Positions 44,001-57,745 of a DNA stretch of 64,000 bases are shown one piece after another. Made by a program: the position numbers and the translations under genes. The notes beneath the pieces are model-generated. The model saw nothing but the letters and a program-made list of their open reading frames with translations. It had not been told where the DNA came from and did not search any database. The DNA is taken from NCBI GenBank assembly GCA_030390025.1, contig CM059432.1:37450001-37514000 (forward strand), given 5' to 3'. Source of the stretch: Squalus acanthias (taxonomy: Eukaryota). Within the stretch, counting starts at the first letter, position 1, and the number at the start of each line of letters is the position of its first letter.

Positions 44001-46159
44001 CTCTTGCTACATTCCCCTGAGAAACCATCTCCCCCATCAGTATCCAAAACGAAAAATCTGTTGGAGAGGGAGATGGACCCAGGGGACTCCTGCACTACCT
44101 TCCTAGTTCTTTTATTCTGTCTGGCGGTCACCCATTTCCTATCTGCCTGTGCACTCTTTACCTGCGGTGTGACTACCTCGTTAAATGTGCTATCCACGAA
44201 GATCTCAGCTTTGTGGATGCTCCACAGTGACTCCAGCCTGCAGCTCCAGCTCCGAAACACAGATTTTGAGTAGTTGCAGCTGGAGACACTTCCTGCACAT
44301 GTATTCGCCCTGGACACCTAAAGTGTCCCTGACTTCCCACATAGCACAGGAGGAGCACTCCACGTTGCCCTGCCCTTAATTTACTCCCTTTAAATTAAAG
44401 AATATTAAATACACTAGGGATCTTACTTCCCTTTAAACACTACTTACTCTAAACTAGAGACCTTACTTTTACTTTAACGACTGGACTGTAGAAATACTCA
44501 CCAGGTCCTACTTACCAATCAGCTCCTTCCCTGGTTGTGACGTCACTTTAGCGGTTTCGCAGTTGTTGTTGTTTGACTGCTCTCGCTCTCGGACTCTTTC
44601 CTTGGTGTAAAGTAAGAACCAATTCCTACAGGGTGAAAAGTTAGGAAAAACAAAGGCGAAGCAAGGGAGCTCCTCCTTCCACTCCTCAACTAACTCCCTG
44701 ACTCATCCAACTCGCAGCACTCTGTTTAAACCGCACTCAGTGCAAAATCACACTGCAAAGCCTGTTTTTATAGGCACTGAAACATAGGAGCTTGCTGGGT
44801 TCTGCTACAGGAGAACCAGTTTAATCTAGTTTCCTGAATTAACTGCCTTCAGCTGCTCTGAATTGTAGGCCTTGTATATCCCTTTATAACCCTGCTTAAA
44901 GCTGGGAAATTTAGATTTTAAACAGTAACAGTAAATGTGAAACAAACAAAACTTTGATTTTAGCAAACAGTTAAGACTCCCTGACTCACCCAACTCACAG
45001 CACTCTGTTTAAACCCTTCTCCTCACCTTCCACCCCACCAGCCTCCACATTCAATGGATCATCCTTCGCCATTTCAGTTACCTCCAGCTTGATCCCAGCA
45101 CTAAACATCTTCTCCTCCCCTCCCCTTTAAGAATTCTGAGGGATCCGTTCCCTCCGCGACACCCTGGTCCACTCCTCAATCACCCCCAACACCTCCTCCC
45201 CTTCCCATGGCAGCTTTTCGTTCAAGTGTAGGAGATGCAACACCTGCCCTTTTACCTCCTCCCTTCTCACTGTCCAGAGCCCGAAATACTCCTTCCAGGT
45301 GAAACAGCGACTTACTTGTACTTCTTTCAATTTAGTATACTGTATTCGCTGCTGACGATGCGGTCTCCTCTACATTGGGGAGACCAAACGCAGATTGGGT
45401 GACCGCTTTGTGGATCACCTCCGTTCAGTTCACAAGCGTGACCTTGAGTTTTCGGTTGCTTGTCATTTTAATTTTCTACCCCACTCCGCCCTCGGCCTCC
45501 TACACTGTTCCAATGAAGCTCAATGTAAGCTCGAGCAACAGCACCTCATCTTTCGATTAGGCACTTTATAGCCTTCCGGACTCAACATTGAGTTCAACAA
45601 TTTCAGTTCATAACCACTGCTCCCATTCTTTCGGACAGCAGCTGTTAATAATGATTCTGCTATTCTCATTTACACCTCCTCTAGACCTATGACCTGTCCC
45701 TTTGCCATCCCCTTTTGCCTTGCACCGTCATCCCTTTTGTCATTTCATCTCTCCTGCCTTCCACCCTATCACAGACCTTCCCTTTTATTCTTTCCTCCCC
45801 TCCCCTCCCCTCCTCCCTTTCCCTGCCTCTGTACTTGCTTAAAACCTGTTATATCGCTAACATTTTCCAGTTCTGATGAAAGGTCATTGACCTGAAATGT
45901 TAACCTTGTTTCTATCGCCACAGATGCTGCCTGACCTGCTGAGTATTTCCAGCATTTCTGTTTTTATTTCAGATTTCCAGCATCCGTAGTATTTTGTTTT
46001 TGTATAGTTTAAGCTTGTCTTTAGGTATGCAATCCTGTATGCTTAGCATTAATCCTTTAAAGGTGTTCCTTTCATCCTTCATTGAATTGTTTCTGAACAA
46101 TCTTCCTCAATCCATTTGATTGTTATTTTGGTGATGGCTAGGATATGGGGATTGAAACA

Positions 46160-46950
46160 TTTTTTTAATATTCGTTCATGGGATGTGGGCGTCGCTGGCA
46201 AGGCCAGCATTTATTGCCCATCCCTAGTTGCCCTTGAGAAGGTGGTGGTGAGCCACTTTCTTGAACCGCAGCAGTCGGTGTGGTGAAGGTACTCCCACAG
46301 TGCTGTTAGGTCGGGAGTTCCAGGATTTTGACCCAGCGACAATGAAGGAACGGTGATATACTTCCAAGTCAGGATGGTGTGTAACTTGGAGGGGAACTTG
46401 GAGTTGATGGTGTTCCCATGCGCCTGCTGCCCTTGTCCTTCGAGGTGGAAGAGGTCGCAGGTTTGGGAGGTGCTGCAGAAGAAGCCTTGACGAGTTGCTG
46501 CAGTGCATCTTGTAGATGGTACACACTGCAGCCACGGTACGCCAGTGGTGGAGGGAGTGAATATTTAAGGTGGCGGATGGAATGCCAATCAAGCGGGCTG
46601 CTTTGTCCTGGATGGTGTCGAGCTTCTTGAGTGTTGATGGAGCTGCACTCATCCAGGCAAGTGGAGAGTATTCCATCACACTCCTGACTTATACCTTGTA
46701 GATGGTGGAAAGGTTTTGGGGAGTCAGGAGGTAAGACACTCGCCGCAGAATACCTAACCTCTGACCTGCTCTTGTTGCCACAGTATTTATGTGGCTGGTC
46801 CAGTTAAGTTTCTGGTCAATGGTGACCCCCAGGATGTTGATGGTGGGGGATTCGATGATGGTAATGCCGTTGAATGTCAAGGGGCGGTGGTTAGACTCTC
46901 GCTTTTTGGAGATAGTCATTGCCTGGCACTTGTGTGGCACGAATGTTACC
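46160..46950 (-). mobile_element. LINE (CR1/L2-group) 3' fragment, second family
   Basis: ILGVTIDQKLNW; MEYSPLAW; 3' end GGGATGGGCAATAAATGCTGGCC. Confidence 0.85.
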
Positions 46951-47065
46951 TTACCTCAGAGATAATTAGAAGACCAAGGTTGTGCACCTGTGCTCTAATG
47001 GCAATTCTGCATTGGGACACCATGCTAATTGGAACAATCCTACTAGCTCCTTTCAGTACATCAAT

Positions 47066-47441
47066 GGCCCAAAATTTCCCAAGAGCTGCTCCTGCTCCAC
47101 TGCTGCATACCATTGACCTGCCAAAATTGATTTCTGCTGCACTCGCGACGAAGCTACAGCGGCTTAAAGCCGGAGGAAATTCAGGGCACAGTTTTTCTGT
47201 CTTTAAAATGCAGACTGAAGTAAATCTGCATGCCCTGGTCTAATTATTGGACACCCTCTAACTCCGCTTCACCGGAGGTCGACTTGTCCTGGGAAGTCCC
47301 CAAAGCTGCTCCCGCTCTGCCACTGGAACTTCACTGGAAGTATGGCAGGAGCTCCGTCTCTGCGCATAAATGGGGCTTCTGCCACACTTCCGATGATGTT
47401 ACTGTGGCAGGGCGGGAGCAGATCCAAAGAAATTCCCAGCC
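47066..47441. mobile_element. Degenerate MITE
   Basis: Imperfect TIRs GGCCCAAAATTTC / GAAATTCCCAGCC. Confidence 0.5.
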
Positions 47442-48440
47442 TTGGTCTTGAGTTCCCATCTGCAATTCAACAGGAGATCAACCAGCAACATTATGAAATA
47501 GGAACACAGGAAGGAACATAGGAACAGGAGTAGGCTATGCAGCCCCTCGAGCCCGTTCAATTAGATCGTGGCTGATCTATATCTTAACTGCATCTACCCG
47601 CCTTGGTTCCGTAACCCGTTACATTATTACAGAAATTTACATCATTTTGGTTTGTATGGATAGGATTAACAGGCAATATTAAGGCTCGTTGCATTATTCA
47701 GTCAGGTCAAAATACTTTATTTACACATTTCTAATACATTCAATATTTCAAGAGACTATCCATTATACAGCTGTACATAAATTCTTATAAATCATTATTC
47801 TGAAAGCATTCTGAAATAAAAGCACCAGACATTAAAAACTTGAATGTTTAGTACATTCTAGAGCTTTACTAAACCCGATTCTTTGTCTCTGAAAATCTGG
47901 ACACTTGTCCATTTGGAGGTAAAGTACAAATCAGATGGGGGCGTTGAAGAAGGGAAAACAAACTTCCATTGGAGTACAGTAATTAAATCAATTTTAAATA
48001 AAGATTTGAAAAATTGAAGCTCCGTTACAGCACTAGCAAATCCATCATCTTTTAATCTACAATTCTGCTTTTAACAGATGATACAAGGACAACGGAATCA
48101 ATAAGTAGATTAATAGATTTAGAGTAAAAGGAAAAAGAGAAACAAATGCAAATAACTGTCAAGACAAACGCTAACGTACTGATCAGTAACATTATAGTAT
48201 TTTGCATTTGCTCTATTCTTGAATTAAACCTTACAATGATTAAACAAATCCCGTTGTTAATATTCAGTGGGTTCAAGTGATTGATTAATTAGCAGGTATA
48301 TAATGGTATAATACTTATGGTACTGGAGTAGTAACCCAGAAGTTGTTAAATTAGAATCGCACCATGACAAGTTGTGAAATTAAATTCAATAAACATTGGA
48401 CTGACACCATAAAAAAAGTAGCCCACAGCGCCTCCTGGAT

Positions 48441-49443
48441 CGGTCCTAGGACCCCAGCTATTCACTTTATATATTAATGATCTAGACGAGGGAACTAGAT
48501 GTAATATCTCCAAGTTTGCAGATGACACAAAGCTGGGTGCGCGTGTGCTGCCAGGAGGATGCCGAGAAACTCCAGTATGATTTGGACAGGTTGGGTGATT
48601 GGGCAGAAGCATGGCAGATGCAGTATAATGTGGATAAATGACAGGTTATCCACTTTGGTGGCAAAAACAGAAAGGCAGATTATTATCTGAATGGCAATAG
48701 ATTGGGAGAAGGGGAAATGCAACAAGACTTGGGTGTCCTTGTGCACCAGTCGCTGAAGGCAAGCATGCAGGTACAGCAGGCGGTTAAGAAGGCAAATGGT
48801 ATGTTGGCCTTCGTAGCAAGAGGGTTTGAGTACAGGAACAAGGATGTCTTGCTGCAGCTGTACAGGGCCTTGGTGAGACCACACCTTGAGTATTGTGTGC
48901 AGTTTTGGTCGCCTTATCTGAGGAAGGATGTTCTTGCCATGGAGGGTGTGCAGCGAAGATTCACCAGACTGATACCTGGGATGGCAGGAATGACGTACGA
49001 GGAGAGATTGGGTCGATTGGGCTTATACTCGCTGGAGTTTAGAAGAATGAGAGGAGATCTCATTGAAACTTATAAAATTCTAACAGGGCTAGACAGACTG
49101 GATGCAGGAAGGATGTTCCCGATGGCGGGTGAGTCCAGAACACGAGGTCACAGTCTAAAGATAAGGGGTAAGCCATTTAGGACAGAGATGAGGAGGAATT
49201 TCTTCACCAGAGAGTGGTGAACCTGTGGAATTCTCTACCACAGAAGGCAGTTGAGGCCAAGTCAGTAAATATATTCAAGAAGGAGTTAGATATATTTCTT
49301 AAGGCTAAAGGTATCAAGGGATATGGGGAGAAGGCAGGGACAGGGTACTGAGTTTGGATGATCAGCCATGATCTCATCGAATGGCGGAGCAGGCTCGAGG
49401 GGCCAAATGGCCTACTCCTGCTCCTATCTTCTATGTTTCTATG
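48441..49443 (+). mobile_element. CR1 LINE 3' fragment
   Basis: ORF 48702-49220 LVRPHLEYCVQFW; TTCTATGT tail. Confidence 0.9.
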
Positions 49444-49444
49444 C

Positions 49445-50970
49445 CCACTTTTGAGCTGCTAGATCTGTTCCTTTTCGGTCCCACTTAGCACGGTGGTAGT
49501 GCCACACAACATGATGGAGGGCGGTCTCAGTGTGAAAATGGCACTTGGTCTCCACAAGGACTGCGTGTGGTTACTCCGACCAATGCTGTCATGGACAGAC
49601 GCATCTGTGACTGGGAGATTGGTGACGACGAGTCAAGTAGGTTATTCCCCCGTGTTGGTCCTCTCACCACCTGCCGCAAGCCCAGTCTGACAGCTATATC
49701 CTTCAGGACTCAGCCAGCTCGGTCAGTCTTGGTGATGGACATTGAAGTTCCCCAACCATGGTACATTCAATGCCCTTGTTACCCTCAATGCTTCCTCCAC
49801 GTTATGTTCAACATGGTGGAGGTAGGTAATGATCAGCAGGAGGTTTCCTTGCCCATGATTGATCTGAAGCCAGTAGACTTGATAATAGTCAATGTTGAGG
49901 ACTCCCAGGGCCACCCACTCCCAACTGCGCCCCCCACTCCCAACTGCGCCCCACCTCTGGTGGATCTGTCCTGCAGGTGGAATGATGAAGGAATCTAGGA
50001 TGTTGGCTGATGGGTCTGATTCTGTGAGTATGACTATGTTAGGTTGTTGCTCAACTAGTCTGTGGGGACAGTTCACCCAGCTTTGGCACTAGTCTCCATA
50101 TGTTAGTGAGGAGGACTTTGCAGGGTGACTGGTCTGGGTGTGCCTTCATCGTGTCCTGATTCGGTGCCTAGGTTGCAACCGACTGGTCCATCCAGTATTA
50201 TTCTTGTTTTCCTTTGTACCAGTTCAGTACAATTGAGTGGCATGCTAGGTCACTTCACTGGCCATTTAAGAGTCAACCATGTTGGTGTGGAACTGAAGAC
50301 ACATCTGGGCCAGACCAGGAAAGGAAAGCAAATCTCCTTCCCTAAAGTAAATTAGTGAACCAGTTAGGTTTTTACAACAATCTGATAACTTCATGGTCAC
50401 ATGTTTACTAATACCAGCTTTTTATTGCCAGATTTAAAAAAAATGATTTCAAATTCTCAGACTACCATGGATTTGAATTTAGGACTTAAAGGGCTAAATT
50501 ATGAGCACAGGCTGCATATACTTGGCTTGTACTCCCTTGAGTTTAGAAGGTTGCGAGGTGGTCAAATCACAGTGTTTAAAATGATAAAAAGGGATTTGAT
50601 AGGGTAGATCCAGAGAAACCAATTCCTCTGTTGGGGGAATCCAGAACAAGGGGACAGAATCTTAAAATTAGAGCTTGACCATTTAGGAGCAAAATCAGGT
50701 AACATTTTTCACATAAAGGGTAGTGGCAATCTGGCATTTGCTCCCCCCCAAAAGGCTATGAATGCTGGGTCAATTAACATTTTAAAGACTGAGATTGATA
50801 ATTTTTTGTTGGCAAGTGTATCAAGGGATCTGGAGCTAAGGCGGGTAAATGGAGTTGAGGTAAAGATCATCCATGATCTAACTGAATGGCGGAATGGGCT
50901 CAAGGCGCTGAATGGCCTACGAGTGTTCCTATATTCTCTGGATTACTAGACCAGGCCTCTGGATTACTGA
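49445..50970 (-). mobile_element. Second-family LINE 5' part (endonuclease plus tRNA-like head), interrupted by a CR1 fragment at ~50480-50932 (+)
   Basis: QQPNIVILTES; LGNFNVHH; colinear with 61540-62580. Confidence 0.7.
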
Positions 50971-51089
50971 TAAGGCATGTGAATGCCTGCTATCCTTGAA
51001 GCTGCCATGATTCTTTTATTTGAAATGTGTCCAGATGGTCGTTACAGATCAGAGCTACCCACATGCGTTAATGACCCTGATTTGGTTCC

Positions 51090-51250
51090 CTGGGACACCT
51101 GGTGAGCGACAATATACCAAGGCTCATGGTGCCACACGAATTCTAATAGATCTGATATGTTGAAGGTGTGCTTTTGGTGCCTAGGTAGATCTGGGGGGAA
51201 GCCCTCCAATACATGCTAGAGTATCTCATATCATTGCCATGTTCTGCAAA
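51090..51250 (+). mobile_element. Decayed Harbinger (HARBI1-like) transposase fragment
   Basis: ERQYTKAHGATR...LKVCFWCLGRSGG.LQY with frameshifts. Confidence 0.6.
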
Positions 51251-52524
51251 GGCATTCTGGTCCTGGCTACTTTTTGCCCAAGGTGCAGGCATTTGAGGGG
51301 GCTGATGGGAGGGCATACACATGGTACTGTCCTGAGAGACAACGTCATCATGGATGGGCACATGTAACTGGTCACTAGTACTGGGCTCTGGTTCTGTGTG
51401 GGCGCTGATCAGCAGGAAAGCAGAGTGAATGGTACCAATCAGATTGTTGGAGCTGGGTCTGTATTCCAGCCCCAATCATTTGAAGGGTCAAAGGGTCAGC
51501 CCTCTCCACTCCGACACCCAAGGTGTTTATGGCAGCAGTTGCAGCCTTCATGCCAGAATCTCTAACTGTCCTTAGTTCTTCCTTTGGCGGGGGTTGGGGG
51601 GCGATGGTGTGGGGGTGCTCTGCTGCAGATTGCTCTGGAGCTGCCACACTCTCCGGGGTTGACTGCATGGCTGATCGTACACGGATCATGATGCTGCAAA
51701 TAACCATAGTTAGTGGACTGAGCCACCATGTGCAACACATCCTTGGACACCAATGACGCCTGTAGTCAGCTGCCAGGAGACACCCGAGATTAGCCAGGGA
51801 TGACTCTCCCCACCCATTTTTAACTGCCTCTCTCCAGCATCTCCTCACTGGAGACACAGAAGCCTCCTCACTTAAAGCAGCTCAGTGCAGGAATGGAGCA
51901 GGCCAGGAGCTAAAGATCATTTGAATCTAGATTTGGGGTCAGGAAAAGAGAGAATAATACCTTACACTGAAGTATCTTCGACATTCACCTTCTCCTTTAA
52001 ACATACCACTATGATTACTGAAATGGTTTATCTTCCTGGGTTTCCCCCCAGACTTACAAACTGAAAAACAGTTCAAAGGTTTGCTTAAGACAAAAAAGAA
52101 AAGAAATGCCAACTTGTTTCCCAATGGTTCAATGTGATTTGCATCCAGCTTGTCAAAATTGTCGAGGTTTTTCCAGCTTCTTCATTGGTCTTTCCTTAAA
52201 GCAGTTGATATAAAATGAAACTTCAAATTCTGTTCCAGGCAAAAATAAAACAGTTACAATCATATTATTTACAACCTCTACAATGTACTGTGCTACAGTA
52301 AAACTTTCATAGTCAGTCCATATTAGAAATAGGGACTTCAAAGTACAAAATCACACTCATTTATACCCCATCTGAAATCTGATTTGGTAAAAAGTGTTCA
52401 AGTCTTAATTCAACTTGACTGAACTCAGTTTGACCTCCATCCTCAACCATAGGCAGTACAAAGCAGACATAAAGCAGCAACCATTTTGAGAGAAGTTACA
52501 ACATATAATTGCTATTCTTAAAAA

Positions 52525-54345
52525 AGGAAATAAGAGGGGCAGAGAGAATGAGAATAGATTGGCAGCTAAAGTAAAAGGGAATCTAAAAGTCCTCTATAGG
52601 CATATAAATAGTAGTAAGAGGAGGGGTGGGGCCGATTAGTGACCAAAAAGGAGACCTACGCGTGGAGGCAGAGGGCATGGCTGAGGTACTAAATGAGTAA
52701 TCTGCATCTGTCTTTACCAAGGAAGAAGATGCTGCCAAACTCATAGTGAAAGAGGAGGTAGTTAAGATACTGGATGGGCTAAAAATTGATAAAGAGGAGG
52801 TACTAGAAAGACTGGCTGTACTTAAAGTAGAAAAGTCACCAGGACCGGATGGGATGCATCCTAAGATGTAAAGGTGGAAATTGCAGAGGTACTGGCCATA
52901 ATATTCCAATCCTCCTTAGATACAGGGGTGGTGCCAGAGGACTGGAAAATTGCAAATGTTACACCATTGTTCAAAATGGGTGTAAGAATAAACCCAGCAA
53001 CTACAGGCCAGTCAGTTTAACCTCAGTAGTGGGGAAGCTTTTAGAAACAATAATCAGGGACAAAATTAAGTCACTTGGACAAGTGTGGATTAATTAAGGA
53101 AAGTCAGCACGGATTTGTTAAAGGCAAATCGTGTTTAACTAACTTGATTGAGTTTTTTGATGCGGTAACAGAGAGGGTTGATGAGGGCATTGCGGTTGAT
53201 GTGGTGTACATGGACTTCTAAAAGTGCAACATAATAAGCTTGCCAGCAAAGTTGAAGCCCTTGGAATAAAAGGGACAGTGGCAGCATGGATACAAAATTG
53301 GTTAAGCGACAGGAAACAGAGAATAGTGGTGAACGGTTGTTTTGAGGACTGGAGGAAGGTATACAGTGGTGTTACCCAGGGGTCGGTACTAGGATAAAGA
53401 TTAATGACTTGGACTTGGGTGTACAGGGCACAATTTCAAAATTTACAAGTGACACAAAACTTGGAAGTATAGTGAACAGTGAGGAGGATAGTGATAGACT
53501 TCAAGGGGATACAGACAGGTTGGTGGAATGGGCAGACATGTGGCTGATGAAATTTAACACAGAAAAGTGCAAAGTGATATATTTTGGTAGGAAGAACGAC
53601 GAGAAGCAATATAAACTAAACTGTACAATTCTAAAGGGGGCCTGCATGAACAGAGAAACCTGGGGGTATATGTGCACAAATCGCTGAAGGTGGCAGGGCA
53701 GGTTGAGAAAGCGGTTAAAAAAGCATACGGCATCCTGGGCTTCATAAATAGAGGCATAGGGCACAAAAGCAAGGAAGTTATGATGAACCACTGATTCGGC
53801 CTCAACTGGAGTATTGTGTCCAATTCTGGGCACTGCACTTTAGGAAGGATGTGAAGGCCTTAGAAAGGGTGCAGAAAAGATTTACAAGAATGGTTCCAGG
53901 AATGAGGGACTTCAGCTACGTGGATAGACTGGAGAAGCTGGGGTTGTTCTCTTTAGAGCAGAGAAGGTTGAGAGTAGATTGGATAGAGGTGTTCAAAATC
54001 ATGAGGGGTCTAGACAGAGTAGATAGAGGGTAACTGTTCCCATTGGCAGAGGGGTTGAGAACCAGAGGACATAGGTTTAAGGTGATTGGCAGAAGAACTA
54101 ACGACGACATGAGGAAAAACTTTGTTACGCAGTGAGTTGTTATGATCTGGAATGCACTGCCTGAAAGGGTGGTGGAGGCAGATTCAATCATGGCTTTGAA
54201 AAGGGAATTGGATAAGTACCTGAAGGAAAAAAATTTGCAGGGCTACAGGGAAAGGGCGGGGGAGTGGGACTAGCTGAAGTGCTCTTGCAGAGAGCCGGCA
54301 CGGGCTCGACGGGCCTAATGGCCTCCTTCTGTGCTGTAATCATCT
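52525..54345 (+). mobile_element. CR1 LINE ORF2 3' half, decayed
   Basis: KSPGPDG, NYRPVSLTS, LERVQKRFTRM; 3' UTR. Confidence 0.9.
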
Positions 54346-54569
54346 TATGATTTGCATATCAATAATGGGCCCAACGGCAGTTTCAGGCAGGTGCCCTGGA
54401 TGACGACACGGTGCCCTAACCAATACGATGTGCGGCCCATAGCCAGTGTGGAATGAGCGTGCACATGCTGCACGCCATTCAAGACCCATCAGTGCCCATT
54501 TTGCGCCTGAAAAACAGGCGCTGCGCAATTCAATTTCTAGGCCAGAATCTTTCAAAGAGTGGGGGCGGA

Positions 54570-54805
54570 TTTTTTTTTTTTTTTTTTTTTAATTCCTTTA
54601 TGGGATGTGGGCGTCCCTGGCAAGGCCAGCATTTATTGCCCACCCCTAATTGCCCTTGGGAGAAGGTGGTGGTGAGCCGCCTTCTTGAACCGCTGCAGTC
54701 CGTGTGGTGAAGGTACTCCCACAGTGCTGTTAGGGAGGGAGTTCCAGGATTTGACCCAGCGACGATGAAGGAATGGCGATATACTTCTAAGTCAGGATGG
54801 TGTTT
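54570..54805 (-). mobile_element. Second-family LINE 3' end with poly(A)
   Basis: Matches 46165-46380; T-run at 54570-54590. Confidence 0.8.
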
Positions 54806-54810
54806 TCCAC

Positions 54811-54912
54811 GGGGGATTCTCCCGATCGTCCGCCGTAACACCCTTCGCCATTTTCCTGGGGTTCCCCTGGCTCTTCCGCCCAAGTTACGGTGGAGGAACG
54901 GGAGAAACCCCC
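54811..54912. repeat. Short hairpin MITE
   Basis: ~29-bp imperfect inverted repeat GGGGGATTCTCCCGATCGTCCGCCGTAAC / GTTACGGTGGAGGAACGGGAGAAACCCCC. Confidence 0.7.
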
Positions 54913-55211
54913 GAGTGTGTTCAAAACAAAGATACTGTTATTAACTGGCGGTGGGTATGATCCTAAATCCACTTTTACAAAACGTTTCTTTTTAACACAT
55001 GACCTCACTGGTTAATATGAGTAACTTGGAGAAAGAAAGCGAAGCACATGCTACTGAAACCTTTCAGAATTAGTTTGCTTTGAATGGGTACATTTTTAAT
55101 GGGTATTAGAAATTATTGGCCTGCAGTAAAAACGTGACCTAACAAATAATTCTGAATGTTTGGACAGGATGAAACTGATTTAAAGAAAGAATGATGCTAC
55201 TTAGAAACATA

Positions 55212-55929
55212 GGCCTAGAAATTCCGTTCGCTACTGGTGGGTACGTGGTGTACTCACCCGTAGGGCCAACGGAAGTGCCGGTTTTACGCATGCACTGCGC
55301 ATACGCTGGAAACCGGCACTTCCGTTCTCTGCAGAAAGGGCTTGACTGGACAAACGCCTGCGCCGGATAGGCAGCGCGTACGTTAAAAATTTGGTTTTTT
55401 TTCCCCCACACTGACTTGAGTCCAGGTAAGTCGGGAACAGCTGCGCCTAGAAAAGCAGGCGCAAGGCCTGCTTTTAGCAGGCTAATAGTTTAATAAAGTA
55501 AAAAAAAAAAATTTTTTCCACTGATTTATCATTTTAAAATACTTTAAAGAAAAGTAAGTTTATTTTTAGCCCCGTTAAAAACCTTAAATAATTTTTTTCA
55601 AAATAATATGTTTAAAATAGTTATTATGTAATTTATAGTAATTTTAAAAATGATTTTTTTTATTTATTTGAAGTTTTACTTATGTAGGTCTTCCTGTCAA
55701 ATCTATCAATGGAGATTCCCTGCTCTGATTGGCTCCCCATGGCCCACGTGATCCCAGGGACGCTGCAAACTAGCTTTGCTGCTGAGATACGCGTGCCCTG
55801 CACACTGGCAGATTGAAGAGGCACAGCAACGGAAGTGTGCGCGTCCCGGGAGCCCTCTGGTCCAAGTGGAGATTTTTCCGAATCGCAGCCCTCCACCCGC
55901 AGGAGGGCTGTGAACGGAATTTCTGGGCC
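55212..55929. mobile_element. MITE
   Basis: TIR GGCCTAGAAATTCCGTTC / GAACGGAATTTCTGGGCC. Confidence 0.8.
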
Positions 55930-55932
55930 AAT

Positions 55933-57308
55933 GAAACATAGAAGATAGGAGCAGGAGTAGGCCATTCGGCCCCTCGAGCCTGCTCCGCCATTTAATGAGA
56001 TCATGGCTGATCATCCAAATTCAGTACCCTGTCCCTGCTTTCTCCCCATATCCCTTGATCCCTTTAGCCTTAAGAAATATATCTAACTCCTTCTTGAATA
56101 TATTTAATGAATTGGCCTCAACTGCCTTGTGTGGTAGAGAATTCCACAGGTTCACCACTCTCTGGGTGAAGAAATTCCTCCTCATCTCAGTCCTAAATGG
56201 CTTACCCCTTATCCTTGGACTGTGACCCCTGGTTCTGGACTCCCCCACCATCGGGAACATCCTTCCTGCATCTAGTCTGTCTAGCCCTGTTAGAATTTTA
56301 TAAGTTTCAATGAGATCCCCTCTCATTCTTCTAAACTCTAGCGAATATAAGCCTAATCGACCCAATCTCTCTGCCATCCCAGGTATCAGTCTGGTGAATC
56401 TTCGCGGCACTCCCTCCATGGCAAGAACATCCTTCCTCAGATAAGGCAACCAAAACTGCACACAGTACTCAAGGTGTGGTCTCACCAAGGCCCTGTACAA
56501 CTGCAGCAAGACATCCTTGCTCCTGTACTCGAATCCTCTCGCTATGAAGGCCTACATACCATTTGCCTTCTTAACCGCCTGCTGCACCTGCATGCTTACC
56601 TTCAGCGACTGGTGCACAAGGACACCCAGGTCTCATTGCACTTCCCCTTTTCCCAATCTATTACCGTTCAGATAATAATCTGTCTTCCTGTTTTTGCCAC
56701 CAAAGTGGATAACCTCGCATTTATCCACATTATACTGCATCTGCCATGCATCTGCCCAATCACCCAACCTGTCCAAATCATACTAGAGTTTCTCTGCATC
56801 CTCCTCACAGCACACACGCCCACCCAGCTTTGTGTCGTCTGCAAACTTGGAGATATTACATCTAGTTCCCTCGTCGATCATTAATATGTATTATGAATAA
56901 CTGGGGTCCTAGCACCGATCCCTGCGGTACCCCACTAGTCACTGCCTGCCACTCGGAAAAAGACCCATTTATTCCAACTCTTTGCTTCCTGTCTGCCAAC
57001 CAGTTCTCTATCCAAGTCAGTACCTTACCCCCAATCCCATGTGCTTTAACTTTGCACGCTAATCTCTTATGCGGGACCTTATCGAAAGCCTTCTGAAAGT
57101 CCAAATACACCACATCCACTGGTTCTCCCTTATCTATTCTACCAGTTACATCCTCAAAAAATTCCAGTAGATTAGTCAAGCATGATTTACCTTTTGTAAA
57201 TCCATGTTGACTTTGTCTGATCCTGTCACTGTTTTCCAAGTGCTCTGTTATTACATCTTTTATAATGGACTCTAGCATTTTCCCCACTACCGATGTCAGG
57301 CTTACTGG
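55933..57308 (-). mobile_element. CR1 LINE RT and 3' fragment
   Basis: QHGFTKGKSCLTNL, YLDFQKAFDKV, GVPQGSVLGP. Confidence 0.92.
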
Positions 57309-57559
57309 AATTGTTTGAGCTAAAAAGCAGTTTTTTTTCTATTTTAAATGAAATCTTTCCCTTGGAAACCACCATGCCCCAGGTGAGAGCTGAGACAGGT
57401 AACTTACTTGCTCCCAGGCCTCTGCTCATGCGGTTCGTGATCTGGCAGATTGAGGCCGAGTGAGTGTGTTTCAGGGTCACGAGTGCTGTCGTCTTTGCTT
57501 CCGGTACAAGGACACCTGGCTTCCACCCAGTACCGTCCCAATGGCTGAATGGAGATCAC

Positions 57560-57745
57560 GGGGTAGAAATCCATCTCGGACGGTAGCACAAAACGGGCGG
57601 TATCGGATCAGCCCCTCGTTCTACCCTCCGCCCAATATTCAATCCCATTGACTGCAACGCAACTCAATATTGGGCAGGGTGAATAAAAGGCAGCTGATGT
57701 GATAACGCCCATTTTGCGCTACCAGCCAAGGCAAATTTCTACCCC
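57560..57745. mobile_element. Palindromic MITE
   Basis: GGGGTAGAAAT / ATTTCTACCCC; internal CCCAATATT...AATATTGGG. Confidence 0.7.

Larger units (their letters stand above)
35501..45014 (-). mobile_element. Near full-length decayed CR1 LINE (ORF1 esterase; ORF2 EN-RT) with nested insertions
   Basis: ORF1 CLPGARV...HIGTND; EN NARSL...ITETW, GDFNFP; RT GVPQGSVLGP, FADDTK; (GACTCTAT)n tail. Confidence 0.9.
35335..45990 (+). mobile_element. Penelope-like element (35335-35500 plus 45015-45990) split by CR1 insertion
   Basis: GIY-YIG-like VYCIRC*RCGLLYIGETKRRLGDRF near 45335-45420; the two parts appear contiguous (DRVP|LLLTFHP). Confidence 0.7.

Noticed and set aside
52130..52232. Additional candidate exon
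   Set aside because: Stops in all three frames after the acceptor and no good donor
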